Source: Bacterioplanoides sp.
Lineage (GTDB): Bacteria; Pseudomonadota; Gammaproteobacteria; Pseudomonadales; Oceanobacteraceae
NCBI RefSeq assembly: GCF_965200585.1
Contig: NZ_OZ241361.1
Direction: 5' to 3' (one strand)
Length of the DNA: 64,000 nucleotides
Of the stretch, positions 29,901-39,153 are shown piece after piece. Both the position numbers and the translations under genes were made by a program. Numbering within the stretch: position 1 is the stretch's first letter; each line of letters opens with the position of its first letter. The notes under the pieces were generated by a model, which was given only the letters and a program-made list of their open reading frames with translations, searched no databases and had not been told where the DNA came from.

Positions 29901-30375
29901 CATACACGGTATCGACGCAGTGATAGCCTGCTGCTTCGAGTTTTAGCCGGGTGGCAGCGACATCAAAATTCGCCCCGACATCCAGCGCAAAACTCTGGCC
30001 CTGATAGAAGTGCGCAGGTGGCAGGCGATGCAACAGTGTGCTGATCGGCAGAATTAACACGCCTTGTTTTAAGTCGCTGAGCTGGCTCAGCGTAGCAATC
30101 CGCTGGGAGACAATATCCTGATGCGGAGAAAACACGTCGTAAGGCAGGATTTCCCAATCCGGGAAGTGCAGTACCGGAAGTTGGCTGGCAAAGAAGCGGA
30201 TTTCTTCTTCTAAGCGCAACGCCGTGTTCGGATCTTTGGTAACAACTAAGGTCAGGCCTTTCTGCTGGCTGGCCGCATTGGCAATGGCAAGCGCCTGGCT
30301 GGCTCCGTGCAGGTTCCCCCAAAAACGGCGTTCTGCGGCCTTACTCGGGCAATCGGGCTGTAACGGGCTGACCAT
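26905..30375 (-). CDS. mfd: transcription-repair coupling factor
   Basis: Superfamily-2 helicase motifs (GDVGFGKTEVA, DEEHRFGV), Mfd length and order. ATG at 30375 is preferred. Confidence 0.95.
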   Translation of the reverse strand: MVSPLQPDCPSKAAERRFWGNLHGASQALAIANAASQQKGLTLVVTKDPNTALRLEEEIRFFASQLPVLHFPDWEILPYDVFSPHQDIVSQRIATLSQLSDLKQGVLILPISTLLHRLPPAHFYQGQSFALDVGANFDVAATRLKLEAAGYHCVDTVYEHGEFAVRGAIMDIFPMGQEMPFRIELFDDEIETLRTFEPDSQRTVDKVDSIRILPAREFPLNTSAIRTFKGRWYDFFEQDGKQCPLYTDIAGGIAPAGIEYYLPLFFEDDLGDFFDHLPKNTLVIHDSELETSVDHFRNDVEERYESRRYDIQRPILAPSHLFLAADQLFSRLNQYPRAQWHDNELPSRAGATAYATEAMVDISVDSRLEQPSQRLQTWLQDQGQQQRVLFCAESAGRREALKDLLRRIDIRPQEVESWGEFLTLSSSDNIPGIIIGPLERSVQLTSDQLVIITENELFGQRIQQRRRRSKKTTDADLMIRDLSELQPGSPVVHLDHGVGRYLGLETLDAGGQVNEFLMLEYATGSKLYVPVSSLHLISRYGGGDESTAPLNKLGSEKWAAAKRKAAEKIRDTAAELLDIYARREAKKGFAFDKPDDDYARFSAGFPFEETPDQQAAIEAVIGDMTAKRPMDRLVCGDVGFGKTEVAMRAAFMAVQSGKQVAVLVPTTLLAQQHYQNFADRFAEWPVKVDVLSRFKSAKETQASLDKMLEGQTDIVVGTHKLLQKDVKFDQLGLLIIDEEHRFGVTQKERIKSLRSNVDILTLTATPIPRTLNMAMASIRDLSIIATPPAKRLSVKTFIRQHDDATIKEAILREILRGGQVYYLHNEVKSIEKVARELGEKIPEARIAFAHGQMTERELEGVMSDFYHKRANVLVCTTIVETGIDIPSANTMIIERADKFGLAQLHQLRGRVGRSHHQAYAYLLTPPPKTMTKDAEKRLEAISSAQDLGAGFMLATHDLEIRGAGELLGDEQSGQIETIGFTLYMEMLEQAVNAIKSGKQPGDDLVLNQGTEVNLHVPALIPADYLLDVNGRLTLYKRIASARDEAELKDLQIEMIDRFGLLPDAVKNLFRQTGLKLKLTPLGIAKLDAAEESGRIEFAAETQIDPFTLVKLVQTQPASYKLEGGHTLRFFFNMRTIDQRFNIIDQVVTELQKDPNS

Positions 30376-30507
30376 GCACTGACTCCATAGGGTTACCAAA
30401 CCATTGTGCTAGCAAACAATAGCGGTATCAAAAAGCGAATAAAAACAGCGCGCTAGTGTATCTAAATGGGAAGGGAAAGTTGAGGGCGAAAGGAAAAGAA
30501 GCGTGGT

Positions 30508-30720
30508 TTATTCAGGCGAGAAGCCACAAGACGACGCATGTATGCCTAATGCACCGACCTGAGGTAATTCATCCAGCGTGATATCAATATGCTGAATGGC
30601 CGGTGGTGGTACCAGACCGGAGTAGGTTGCTAGGCAGACGCAGGAGAGCATCATCACCAAACCTGCGACAACAACGGCCGGGGCTACTTTGTGGAGGTTA
30701 TACGACATATTTAACTGCAT
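30508..30720 (-). CDS. possible small membrane protein (70 aa)
   Basis: One hydrophobic helix only. No other support. Confidence 0.2.
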   Translation of the reverse strand: MQLNMSYNLHKVAPAVVVAGLVMMLSCVCLATYSGLVPPPAIQHIDITLDELPQVGALGIHASSCGFSPE

Positions 30721-31105
30721 TACGTCTTAGTTTTTCTGATTATGTGGTGAGGTCGTTAAATAACCTAGCTCATCAGTCAGGAATTGAACAGTAATAAATT
30801 GATAAAGCGTTAAGATGTCAGGAATGTGACCTGAATAGATGTCTAACTTGCTGATTTTGTTAATTTTTGTGACTCGTTGTTTAGTTTTTAGACAAATTGC
30901 TGACGAAATTTCAGGCACTGTTTTTGACGCTTTGATGGAAGTATTCTGGCCGCGCAGAGGGTTACTTTGTTGGTGTGTATGGAACAAACGGTCAAAAAAT
31001 GTAGGTTTTTTGTCGTTCAGGGATATTCACCTTTCTATGATTAGGCTACTATCCGCCTGAAACGTTTTATGTCAGCAACTGATGGCTGGCAACAGGATAA
31101 GTATA

Positions 31106-31582
31106 ATGAAATGGATAGCACTCTTTTCTATGATCGCACTGATCGGGTGTTTCGATACCTCGGTTGGCTCTCCTCCTGAGGCAAACTCTGACAAAACCAC
31201 ACCGGTGCTGCGTTCTGACGTCGCTTCGCTGGCTTCTGAACGCAATAGTGGTAAGCGTTTAGGCAATTTTATCCCGGCCAACCGGTTTGAGCAGTGGAAA
31301 GCTGAAGCAGCGGTTAATTTTTTCCGTGCCTTAGCAGAGAAAGATTATGCTTTGGCCTCATCTTATTCAACCCAGCCACAGCTGATTCTGGATCTGGAGC
31401 AGGAAGCTGATCTGCCATTGGCTATTTCGACCAAAGCGCTAGATGTGATCGACGTGGTGGATAATGGCGTGACCATCCGTTTTTTGCTGGCGGATGACAC
31501 GCCCCGTGAACTGACCCTGTTTGTTCAGCAGCAACCACAGGGCTTTCTGGTTGACTGGCTGAAAACTTTACAGGGGCAGTAG
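31106..31582 (+). CDS. putative lipoprotein
   Basis: Lipobox in MKWIALFSMIALIGC. Confidence 0.55.
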   Translation: MKWIALFSMIALIGCFDTSVGSPPEANSDKTTPVLRSDVASLASERNSGKRLGNFIPANRFEQWKAEAAVNFFRALAEKDYALASSYSTQPQLILDLEQEADLPLAISTKALDVIDVVDNGVTIRFLLADDTPRELTLFVQQQPQGFLVDWLKTLQGQ

Positions 31583-31597
31583 TATTTCAGGTTTTTT

Positions 31598-32854
31598 TTA
31601 CTCCAAAACCTCAAAGGTCAGGCCGGCATGATCCTGAAGCCGTTGAATATAGCGTTCGTCAAAGATGGATGCCGGTGTCCAGAAGCCGCCTTTTTTACCT
31701 TTTTTGCGGGTACCGTTATGAAAATCCAGTGCCAGACTGACGGCGGCCTGACCTAAAATCTTAGCGGTGGAGCCGTAGCCCGGGTCCCGGTCGCCGGTTA
31801 CCCGGGTTGTGATGGAGTGGCCGTCGTCTGAATAGCCCTGAAAACGAATATCATAAAAACCGTCCAGTTGTTGCTGCGGCGTTGGGCCTTCACCGGGTTT
31901 GGGTAGCAGGTAGTTCTCCAGCAACCAGCGTGTGGGCTTGATCGCTGCGGCCACCATAAAGGCGGCTAATCCGCTAACAATCGCAATGGCAGTCATCCGG
32001 CCTTTAAAATCGCTGCTGGTTAACATGGCCTCATCGTAAATAAATGACTCGCCATAAGCCTTGTCACGTAAGGCGTTAGAGCGGTGTACCACCCGGGTAT
32101 TGATAGCCGCCATGATAAAAGGCGCGCTCCAGCTGTTGAAATCTTTATCGAACACGGCACCTTTGACGTTAGGCTGTCGAACATAAAAGCCAGCGTCTGA
32201 TGGGCTGATTGAATACGGGTTAGCCAGTTCTTTGCGCAACGCCGGGTTGGCAATGGCTTCTTTGGTAAGATGAATAATGCTGGCGATGGTGCCGCCAGAC
32301 ATACCACCTTTGGCCGCTTTAACCCGCATTTTAATACGCTCAACCATCGATCCCAGTGACTGCTCGGCGTGTTGTTGCAGAAAATACACCCCCATATCCG
32401 ATGGCACAGAGTCAAAACCGCAGCAATGAACGATGCGCGCGCCAGATTCCCGGGCGCTGTCTTCGTACTTATCCAGCATCCGTTTAATCCACTGGTTTTC
32501 ACCGGTTAAATCGCAATAATCAATGCCATTTTCAGCGCAGACTTTTACTAACGGTTCGCCATAAAGTGCATAAGGGCCAACAGTGGAGACGATCACCTTG
32601 GTTTTGCTGGTTAACTCTTTTAACTGGCTTTCGTTGTCGGCATCGGCCAGCAAAATGGGCAGATCATTGGTGTGCTCTTTCAGGAATGGGGTCAAAGTAT
32701 CGCGCACGGCGTGCAGTTTACGCTCGCTGCGACCGGCGATGGCCCAGTGCAGCTCACCACCGATACCGAAGGTTTCTGCCAGATAACGGGTCAGAATTTC
32801 ACCAACAAAACTGGTGGCACCAAATACAATTAAGTCGAACTTTTTTGCAGGCAT
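31598..32854 (-). CDS. saccharopine dehydrogenase-family NAD(P)-binding oxidoreductase
   Basis: N-terminal Rossmann motif FDLIVFGATSFVGEILTRYL and family-typical length. Confidence 0.7.
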   Translation of the reverse strand: MPAKKFDLIVFGATSFVGEILTRYLAETFGIGGELHWAIAGRSERKLHAVRDTLTPFLKEHTNDLPILLADADNESQLKELTSKTKVIVSTVGPYALYGEPLVKVCAENGIDYCDLTGENQWIKRMLDKYEDSARESGARIVHCCGFDSVPSDMGVYFLQQHAEQSLGSMVERIKMRVKAAKGGMSGGTIASIIHLTKEAIANPALRKELANPYSISPSDAGFYVRQPNVKGAVFDKDFNSWSAPFIMAAINTRVVHRSNALRDKAYGESFIYDEAMLTSSDFKGRMTAIAIVSGLAAFMVAAAIKPTRWLLENYLLPKPGEGPTPQQQLDGFYDIRFQGYSDDGHSITTRVTGDRDPGYGSTAKILGQAAVSLALDFHNGTRKKGKKGGFWTPASIFDERYIQRLQDHAGLTFEVLE

Positions 32855-32971
32855 GGTTATTTCCATTGAATTGTTTTTATTGCAATAACGGCAAGTTAGC
32901 AGTGTTTATTTCGCTTATTAAGGGCCAATGATGCCGTTTAAAAGCAACTGCAGAAGACAATGACCGCTCTG

Positions 32972-33556
32972 TCAGTTGCTCTCTTTACGCCAATCAAATT
33001 CCATCTGTCGGGCTGTTTTTTCGGCCAGAGTCAGGTTGGTTAAACGTTCAACCAGATGCAGGCTCATATCAATACCAGCCGAGATACCGCCAGAAGAAAT
33101 AATTTTTCCCTGATCAACCCAGCGACGGCCATCAACCACAGTCAGACCCGGGTAGTTCTGCTGCAGTTCACCGATATCTTCCCAGTGGGTGGTGACCGTC
33201 TGATTCGTGACTACTCCGGCTTCGGCCAGAATAAAAACTCCCGTGCATACTGAAGCAACATAAGTGGTATTGGCCGCTGTATTGGCTACCCAGGAGATGA
33301 CTTCCGGTTTGGTCAGCACTTCGGTATGGACACCACCGACAACAATCAGCACATCAATATCCGGATGGTTTTGAAAACTGTAATGTGGAACGACGCTCAG
33401 GCCGCCCCGGGCGTTGATTGTTTGTGCTTGTTCGGCTACCAGAAAGACATTAAAGGGGGTAGGCGTTGCCAGGCGATTGGCGGTGGAAAACACTTCAAAC
33501 GGGCCTGCGAAGTCCAGTACTTCGGCCTGGTCGTAGATAAAAATCCCAACATTCAT
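32972..33556 (-). CDS. DJ-1/PfpI-family protein
   Basis: Nucleophile-elbow context (YVASVCTGVFILAEAG), 194 aa. Confidence 0.75.
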   Translation of the reverse strand: MNVGIFIYDQAEVLDFAGPFEVFSTANRLATPTPFNVFLVAEQAQTINARGGLSVVPHYSFQNHPDIDVLIVVGGVHTEVLTKPEVISWVANTAANTTYVASVCTGVFILAEAGVVTNQTVTTHWEDIGELQQNYPGLTVVDGRRWVDQGKIISSGGISAGIDMSLHLVERLTNLTLAEKTARQMEFDWRKESN

Positions 33557-33687
33557 ACGGCATTCTCTTATTAACTTCCGCGGAATTGGCGGTCAGCTTA
33601 AAGCAGATGAGTTGTTTTTGCTTGAATATATGAAAAAACGTATATATGATTTTTCATATATTATGATTAAGACGTTGAGAGAGCAAA

Positions 33688-34032
33688 GTGCAACCGCAAG
33701 TTCTGTTTAAGTGTATGAGTGAAGAGACACGCCTGTCGTTATTGTTGCTGTTGGAGCAGCATGGCGAGTTGTGTGTGTGTGAGCTGACAGAAGCACTGCA
33801 GTTAAGCCAACCCAAAGTTTCTCGTCATTTGGCTCAGTTGCGCGAATGTGAGCTGGTGGTTGGAGAGAAGCGTGGCCAGTGGGTGCATTATTCGTTACAT
33901 CCACAATTATGTGGCTGGGCGCAAGAACTGATTGCTCATACGCTGAAGCATAATGCTGAGTTTCTTGCCGATATTAATCAACGTTTATGTAAGGTCAGTC
34001 CGCTGCGTGCGGAGGAAACTGATTGTTGTTAA
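33688..34032 (+). CDS. arsR: ArsR-family metalloregulator
   Basis: ELCVCEL metal-binding motif and a winged HTH. Start uncertain (GTG at 33688 or ATG at 33715). Confidence 0.85.
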   Translation: MQPQVLFKCMSEETRLSLLLLLEQHGELCVCELTEALQLSQPKVSRHLAQLRECELVVGEKRGQWVHYSLHPQLCGWAQELIAHTLKHNAEFLADINQRLCKVSPLRAEETDCC

Positions 34033-34075
34033 ACCGCCAGTGTGAACAGCATTAGCGGCATTAGAGCAGAAAAAC

Positions 34076-34166
34076 TCAGATTCTTTTTTAAAGCAGCAAC
34101 AGGATGTTGCGTGCACGTCGCAGGCACATGGATGTGCCTTACGACGTGTGCGACTAAAAAGAATGT
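34076..34166. repeat. hairpin repeat element, orientation A: gcaac-AGGAT-gttgc plus cacgtcg.aggcac-ATGGAT-gtgcct.cgacgtg
   Basis: Nested inverted repeats in the arsR-arsC spacer, with outer arms attctttttta and taaaaagaat. Confidence 0.75.
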
Positions 34167-34205
34167 GTGGTTTTCTGATGTAATGAATCTGAAGAGATCA
34201 AGCTC

Positions 34206-34697
34206 GTGAAATTACTATTTATCTGCACCCATAATCGCTGCCGCAGTATTCTGGCAGAAGCCATCACCCGAGATGTGATCGCGAAAGAAAACTCCGATTG
34301 GCAAGTCCGCAGTGCAGGCAGCCAGCCAGCCGGTGTGGTCTATCCGGGTACATTAAATTTCCTGCAGCAGCAGGGAATCAGTACCGAGGGTTTACAAAGC
34401 CAGAGCTGGGATGAGTTTGAAGATTACTTTTCTGATTCCGAAAGCGGCCCGGTGATTGCAATTACTGTATGTGATAGCGCAGCGGGCGAAACCTGCCCGG
34501 TCTGGTTTGGTAAAGGCATCAAAGCACATTGGGGTTTACCAGACCCTTCCAAATTAGAAGACGAAGCAGAGCAAGCGGCACTATTTAAAAAGGTTGCTGC
34601 GACTTTAACAACGCGTATTCAGACTTTATTAACCACTGATATTAAAGACGATGCACAACTGCGTCAGTTATTAACCGATTTGAGCGAAGTGGGCTGA
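34206..34697 (+). CDS. arsC: arsenate reductase, LMW-PTPase type
   Basis: CTHNRCRS (CX5R) P-loop. GTG start. Confidence 0.88.
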   Translation: MKLLFICTHNRCRSILAEAITRDVIAKENSDWQVRSAGSQPAGVVYPGTLNFLQQQGISTEGLQSQSWDEFEDYFSDSESGPVIAITVCDSAAGETCPVWFGKGIKAHWGLPDPSKLEDEAEQAALFKKVAATLTTRIQTLLTTDIKDDAQLRQLLTDLSEVG

Positions 34698-34701
34698 TAC
34701 C

Positions 34702-35721
34702 ATGGGTATTTTTGAACGTTATTTATCCGTCTGGATTGCTGCTGGCATTATTGGTGGCGTGGCTGCTGGTCTGATTATTCCGGACTTATTTACAGCCATT
34801 GCGGGCTACGAGTTTGCACACGTTAATCTGGTTGTTGCGGTATTAATCTGGCTGATGATTTACCCCATGATGGTACAGGTTGATTTCTCAGCAATTAAAG
34901 ATGTGGGTAAAAAACCGCAAGGACTGGTGCTGACGCTGGTAATTAACTGGCTGATCAAACCTTTCTCGATGGCGGCGATTGGCTGGTTATTTTTTCACGG
35001 CTTATTTGCGGATTGGGTTGATCCACAAACGGCCAGCGAATATATCGCCGGTATGATTTTATTAGGTGTTGCGCCTTGTACGGCGATGGTCTTTGTCTGG
35101 AGTCAGCTGACTAAGGGCGATGCTAACTACACCTTGGTTCAGGTGTCGGTTAACGACATTATTATGATCTTTGCTTTTGCACCAATTACCGCCTTTTTGC
35201 TCAGCGTTACCGATGTAGAAGTGCCGTGGGAAACCTTGCTGTTATCCGTTGTTTTGTACGTTGTACTACCGCTGGTTGCTGGTGCAGTAACGCGCAAATT
35301 GTTAGAAAGCAAACATGAAGTACATGCGATTGAGCACTTCACCAGTAAGTTAAAACCCTGGTCGATTATTGGCTTAATCAGTACGGTGGTGATTCTGTTT
35401 GGTTTACAGGCACCAACGATTGTCGAAAAACCACAGGACATTGTGCTAATTGCTATTCCGCTGATGATTCAGACCTACGGTATTTTCTTTATCGCCTATT
35501 TTGCCGCACTGAAAATGAAGCTGGCTCATAACATTGCGGCACCGGCTTGTATGATTGGTACCAGCAACTTTTTTGAACTGGCCGTTGCGGTTGCGATTTC
35601 TTTATTTGGTTTGCACTCCGGTGCCGCTTTGGCAACCGTGGTGGGAGTGCTGGTGGAAGTACCCGTGATGTTATCGTTGGTATGGTTTGCTAATCGTACG
35701 CGTGGTTGGTTCGCCAGTTAA
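34702..35721 (+). CDS. arsB: ACR3-family arsenite efflux transporter
   Basis: About 10 TM segments and the ACR3-type pattern ([11 protein letters not shown]). Confidence 0.88.
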   Translation: MGIFERYLSVWIAAGIIGGVAAGLIIPDLFTAIAGYEFAHVNLVVAVLIWLMIYPMMVQVDFSAIKDVGKKPQGLVLTLVINWLIKPFSMAAIGWLFFHGLFADWVDPQTASEYIAGMILLGVAPCTAMVFVWSQLTKGDANYTLVQVSVNDIIMIFAFAPITAFLLSVTDVEVPWETLLLSVVLYVVLPLVAGAVTRKLLESKHEVHAIEHFTSKLKPWSIIGLISTVVILFGLQAPTIVEKPQDIVLIAIPLMIQTYGIFFIAYFAALKMKLAHNIAAPACMIGTSNFFELAVAVAISLFGLHSGAALATVVGVLVEVPVMLSLVWFANRTRGWFAS

Positions 35722-35772
35722 GGATTATTCAAAACTGACTAGATCAAGATGATAAGTAGCTTACTTGATCTT

Positions 35773-35838
35773 TCAGCCGCACCCATCACAAGGCGCATCC
35801 CTGCGCCTGTTATGGGCACGCAACATCCTTGTTGCTGC
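35773..35838. repeat. hairpin repeat element, orientation B (reverse complement of the 34093-34158 element)
   Basis: Contains aggcgc-ATCCCT-gcgcct and gcaac-ATCCTT-gttgc. Its reverse complement aligns with the arsR-arsC copy over about 65 nt. Confidence 0.75.
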
Positions 35839-35894
35839 TATTGAAAGTTCAACCAAGCTGCTTATCTAATTCTGAAGTTGATGAAAAAATTGTT

Positions 35895-36620
35895 ATGACA
35901 GATTTAAATAACCAAGAACCAGCTAATTTAGTCGAAGACTGTTTTCAGGTTCCGACACCAGAAAATGTATTCGCAGATTCCGCGAGCGAACATAAACCTC
36001 GTATCTTGCTGTTATATGGTTCCCTGCGTGAACGTTCTTTCTCGCGTTTAGTCGTGGAAGAAAGCGCTCGTATTTTAGAAAAAATGGGCGCAGAAACCCG
36101 TATTTTTAATCCATCTGGTTTGCCTCTGCCTGACGACGCCGATGTTGAACATGAAAAAGTTCAGGAACTGCGTGATCTGGTGCAGTGGAGCGAAGGCATG
36201 GTGTGGTGTTCTCCGGAGCGTCATGGCTCTATGACGGGTATTATGAAATCTCAGATTGACTGGATTCCGCTATCGCTGGGCGCGGTACGCCCGACTCAGG
36301 GTAAAACTCTGGCGGTGATGCAGGTGTGCGGCGGCTCACAATCGTTTAATGTGGTCAATCAATTGCGGGTGTTAGGACGCTGGATGCGCATGTTAACCAT
36401 CCCAAATCAGTCTTCGGTAGCTAAAGCCTGGGCGGAGTTTGATGATAACGATCGTATGAAACCTTCCGGTTATTACGATCGTATTGTCGATGTTCTGGAA
36501 GAGTTGATGAAGTTCACCTATCTGGTGCGTGACCGCAGTGATTATCTGGTAGACCGTTACTCTGAGCGCAAAGAAAGCGCTGAAGAACTGATGAAGCGAG
36601 TTAATCAACGCTCGATTTAA
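35895..36620 (+). CDS. arsH: arsenical resistance protein ArsH (NADPH-dependent FMN reductase)
   Basis: [14 protein letters not shown] motif, ars operon context, ATG at 35895. Confidence 0.88.
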   Translation: MTDLNNQEPANLVEDCFQVPTPENVFADSASEHKPRILLLYGSLRERSFSRLVVEESARILEKMGAETRIFNPSGLPLPDDADVEHEKVQELRDLVQWSEGMVWCSPERHGSMTGIMKSQIDWIPLSLGAVRPTQGKTLAVMQVCGGSQSFNVVNQLRVLGRWMRMLTIPNQSSVAKAWAEFDDNDRMKPSGYYDRIVDVLEELMKFTYLVRDRSDYLVDRYSERKESAEELMKRVNQRSI

Positions 36621-36685
36621 GTGGTTTGTTTCAGTCGTGTAGTTAAGGCGAGTAGTTAAGACATGTTTGAGCTTCCGGGCCAGGT

Positions 36686-37297
36686 TTAAAACCCTGACCC
36701 CGGTTGTTTTAAAAACTCTGTTTCTTCCTCGCTGCTTTCCCGGCCAAGAATGGCATTGCGGTGGGGAAAATGCCCAAAGCGATCAATAATCACTTGATGC
36801 TTTTGCGCAAACTGCACAAAGTTTTCGGCAGTGTCCTGAAACGAGTCCGGTGCATCGGCTTTAAGCTGCTGGAATTTATTCAGACATAACGCCTGCATTT
36901 GTGGGCTTTCGGCGTGCTCCAGCGGCATATAAAAGAATACCCGCTCGATGGGGCGTAACTGTTTATCCTGATCCAGTCGCAGTCCTTCAAGGCACCAGTG
37001 CAGGGCCAGACTGTCCTGAGTGAAGGATAACGCGCTGTTGCGGTACATATTGCGACTGAACTGATCCAACACAATAATCGCAGCCAATCGTCCGTGGGCA
37101 TCCTGTAGCCAGTGGCTGTGTTCTCCGCGTAACAGTGCTTTGAGGGTTGGTTCAAAACGCTGGCGAATAGTGACATCGGTATGTGGGTCTTTTTTCCACC
37201 ATAACGCCGTTTGCTGCTGGTTAATTTCAAGATCGCTGAGTTGCTGCTCGCCTTGCGCTGCATCAAACCAGAAGTTGAGAATATTGTCTTTGTCCAT
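36686..37297 (-). CDS. DUF924-family protein
   Basis: LAAIIVLDQFSRNMYR and FFYMPLEHAE motifs. Confidence 0.7.
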   Translation of the reverse strand: MDKDNILNFWFDAAQGEQQLSDLEINQQQTALWWKKDPHTDVTIRQRFEPTLKALLRGEHSHWLQDAHGRLAAIIVLDQFSRNMYRNSALSFTQDSLALHWCLEGLRLDQDKQLRPIERVFFYMPLEHAESPQMQALCLNKFQQLKADAPDSFQDTAENFVQFAQKHQVIIDRFGHFPHRNAILGRESSEEETEFLKQPGSGF

Positions 37298-37373
37298 TTC
37301 TTCTCTGCCGTTAATCAGGTTGCTGCGATACTATACGTCCATCTGTTATTAAATACTGTGTTATCTGAACGTT

Positions 37374-38936
37374 ATGGATTTTATCTGGATTCTGGTTGCC
37401 TTTCTGTGCGGCTTTATAGTGAAGCAGTTAGGTATGCCGCCGCTGGTGGGCTATTTAGCCGCAGGATTTGGCTTGCATGCGGCGGGGGTTGAGCCCGCTG
37501 AAAGCCTCGATACACTGGCCACCATGGGCATCACTCTGATGCTGTTCACCATTGGTCTGAAAATCAATTTTAAAGCACTGATTAAACCGGAGGTGTGGGC
37601 CAGCTCCGCCTTACATACCGGATTGTGGGTCGGGGTACTGGTGGCTGTACTGGCGATGTGTGGCTGGTTGGGAATCAGTCATTATTTTGATGTACCGCTG
37701 CATACTCAGGCGTTGATTGGCTTTTCACTGAGTTTTTCCTCCACCGTGTGTGTGGTCAAGATGCTGGAAGAAGCCTCCGAACTTAAAGTGCGTCACGGTA
37801 AATTGGCGCTCGGTATTCTGATTATTCAGGATATTGTGGCGGTGGTTTTTCTGGTGGTATCCACCGGCAAATTGCCCTCGGTTTGGGCGCTGGCGCTGTT
37901 GGGCCTGTGGCTGGTAAAACCGTTACTGAATCAGATTTTAAGCCGCTCCGGGCACGGTGAAATTTTATCTCTATCCGGTTTCTTTCTGGCATTAGGCGGG
38001 GCGGAATTATTTAACCTGGTCGATATGAAAGGCGACTTAGGTGCGCTGATTATTGGCATGTTGCTGGCTTCACATTCCAAAGCGGCTGAGCTGTATAAAT
38101 CTCTGATGAGTTTTAAAGACTTATTCCTGATTGGTTTCTTTTTATCGATTGGCTTTACCGCTTTGCCAACGCTGGATATGGCGCTGACGGCAGCCGTTTT
38201 AATGGCATTATTAGCGCTGAAGTTTTTATTATTTTTCTTCTTATTGCTGATGTTTCATGTGTCTGGCCGATCGGCTTATCTGGCGGCACTGGCGCTGACC
38301 AACTTCTCGGAATTCGGATTAATTGTTGCCAGCCTGAGTGTGGAAAACGGCTGGATGTCGCAGGACTGGCTGGTGATTATTGCGCTGGTTATGTCCATCT
38401 CCTTTATTCTGTCGAGCTTTATGTATCGCAAAGCACACCATTATTACGCTTTGTATAACGTCGTTATTAATCGCTTTGAGCGTAAAGGCGCACACCAGAG
38501 CTTTAGCCGCCCTGTCGGAGCTGAAGTGCTGGTGTTGGGTATGGGCCGGGTGGGTAAAGGGGCTTACAGCGCGTTGCAGCCAGAATATGGCGATAAAGTC
38601 TGGGGTATTGAGTCTGATCCGGAGCGGGTACAAGCGCTGAAAGATCAGGGCTTTTCGATTGTGCTGGGCGACTCCGATGATATGGAATTCTGGCAGCGGG
38701 TGTGTACTCAGAATATCCGTTTGGTGATGTTGGCGTTGCCATCGCAACAGGAAATTCTTAGCACGCTGGAAATGCTGAAACTGGCGAATTATCAGGGCAA
38801 GGTGGCTACGGTTGCGCGTTATGAAGACGAACGTGAGCAGCTATTGTCGCTGGGTGTGGATGTGGTGTTTAACTACTACGCCGAAGTAGGCTCGGGCTTT
38901 GCTGCTGAAAGTCGCCATTTATTGGCGGCGGATTAA
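37374..38936 (+). CDS. cation:proton antiporter (Kef-type) with C-terminal RCK/TrkA-N domain
   Basis: Multi-TM N-terminal domain and a Rossmann-type segment (VLVLGMGRVGKGAY). Confidence 0.8.
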   Translation: MDFIWILVAFLCGFIVKQLGMPPLVGYLAAGFGLHAAGVEPAESLDTLATMGITLMLFTIGLKINFKALIKPEVWASSALHTGLWVGVLVAVLAMCGWLGISHYFDVPLHTQALIGFSLSFSSTVCVVKMLEEASELKVRHGKLALGILIIQDIVAVVFLVVSTGKLPSVWALALLGLWLVKPLLNQILSRSGHGEILSLSGFFLALGGAELFNLVDMKGDLGALIIGMLLASHSKAAELYKSLMSFKDLFLIGFFLSIGFTALPTLDMALTAAVLMALLALKFLLFFFLLLMFHVSGRSAYLAALALTNFSEFGLIVASLSVENGWMSQDWLVIIALVMSISFILSSFMYRKAHHYYALYNVVINRFERKGAHQSFSRPVGAEVLVLGMGRVGKGAYSALQPEYGDKVWGIESDPERVQALKDQGFSIVLGDSDDMEFWQRVCTQNIRLVMLALPSQQEILSTLEMLKLANYQGKVATVARYEDEREQLLSLGVDVVFNYYAEVGSGFAAESRHLLAAD

Positions 38937-38960
38937 TTCGCTTGTCAGATGAGTTCCAGT

Positions 38961-39117
38961 GATTATCTTTCGAAGCAGTCATACAAAAATGCAGGAGAGT
39001 ATTTTTGCACAGCGAAGCTGCCCGAAGGGTGATGCACATGGATGTGCTGAATGAGCATGTGACGGTAGGATCGAAGGCACATGGAAGTGCCTCCGATCCG
39101 GCGAGAGAAAGATAATC
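38961..39117. repeat. composite hairpin repeat (about 157 nt) bounded by an 11-bp inverted repeat
   Basis: gattatctttc (38961-38971) pairs with gaaagataatc (39107-39117). Inside are gcac-ATGGAT-gtgc (39034-39047) and ggatcg.aggcac-ATGGAA-gtgcct.cgatcc (39068-39099). Confidence 0.7.
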
Positions 39118-39153
39118 ATTGGAGCTCATCTTAACTCGGTTGGAATTCCTGAA

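Noticed and set aside
30721-31105. The AT-rich 380-nt stretch upstream of mfd and the lipoprotein gene as an sRNA or mobile-element remnant.
   Set aside because: I found no inverted repeats, terminator, or coding signal. It is probably just a divergent promoter region.
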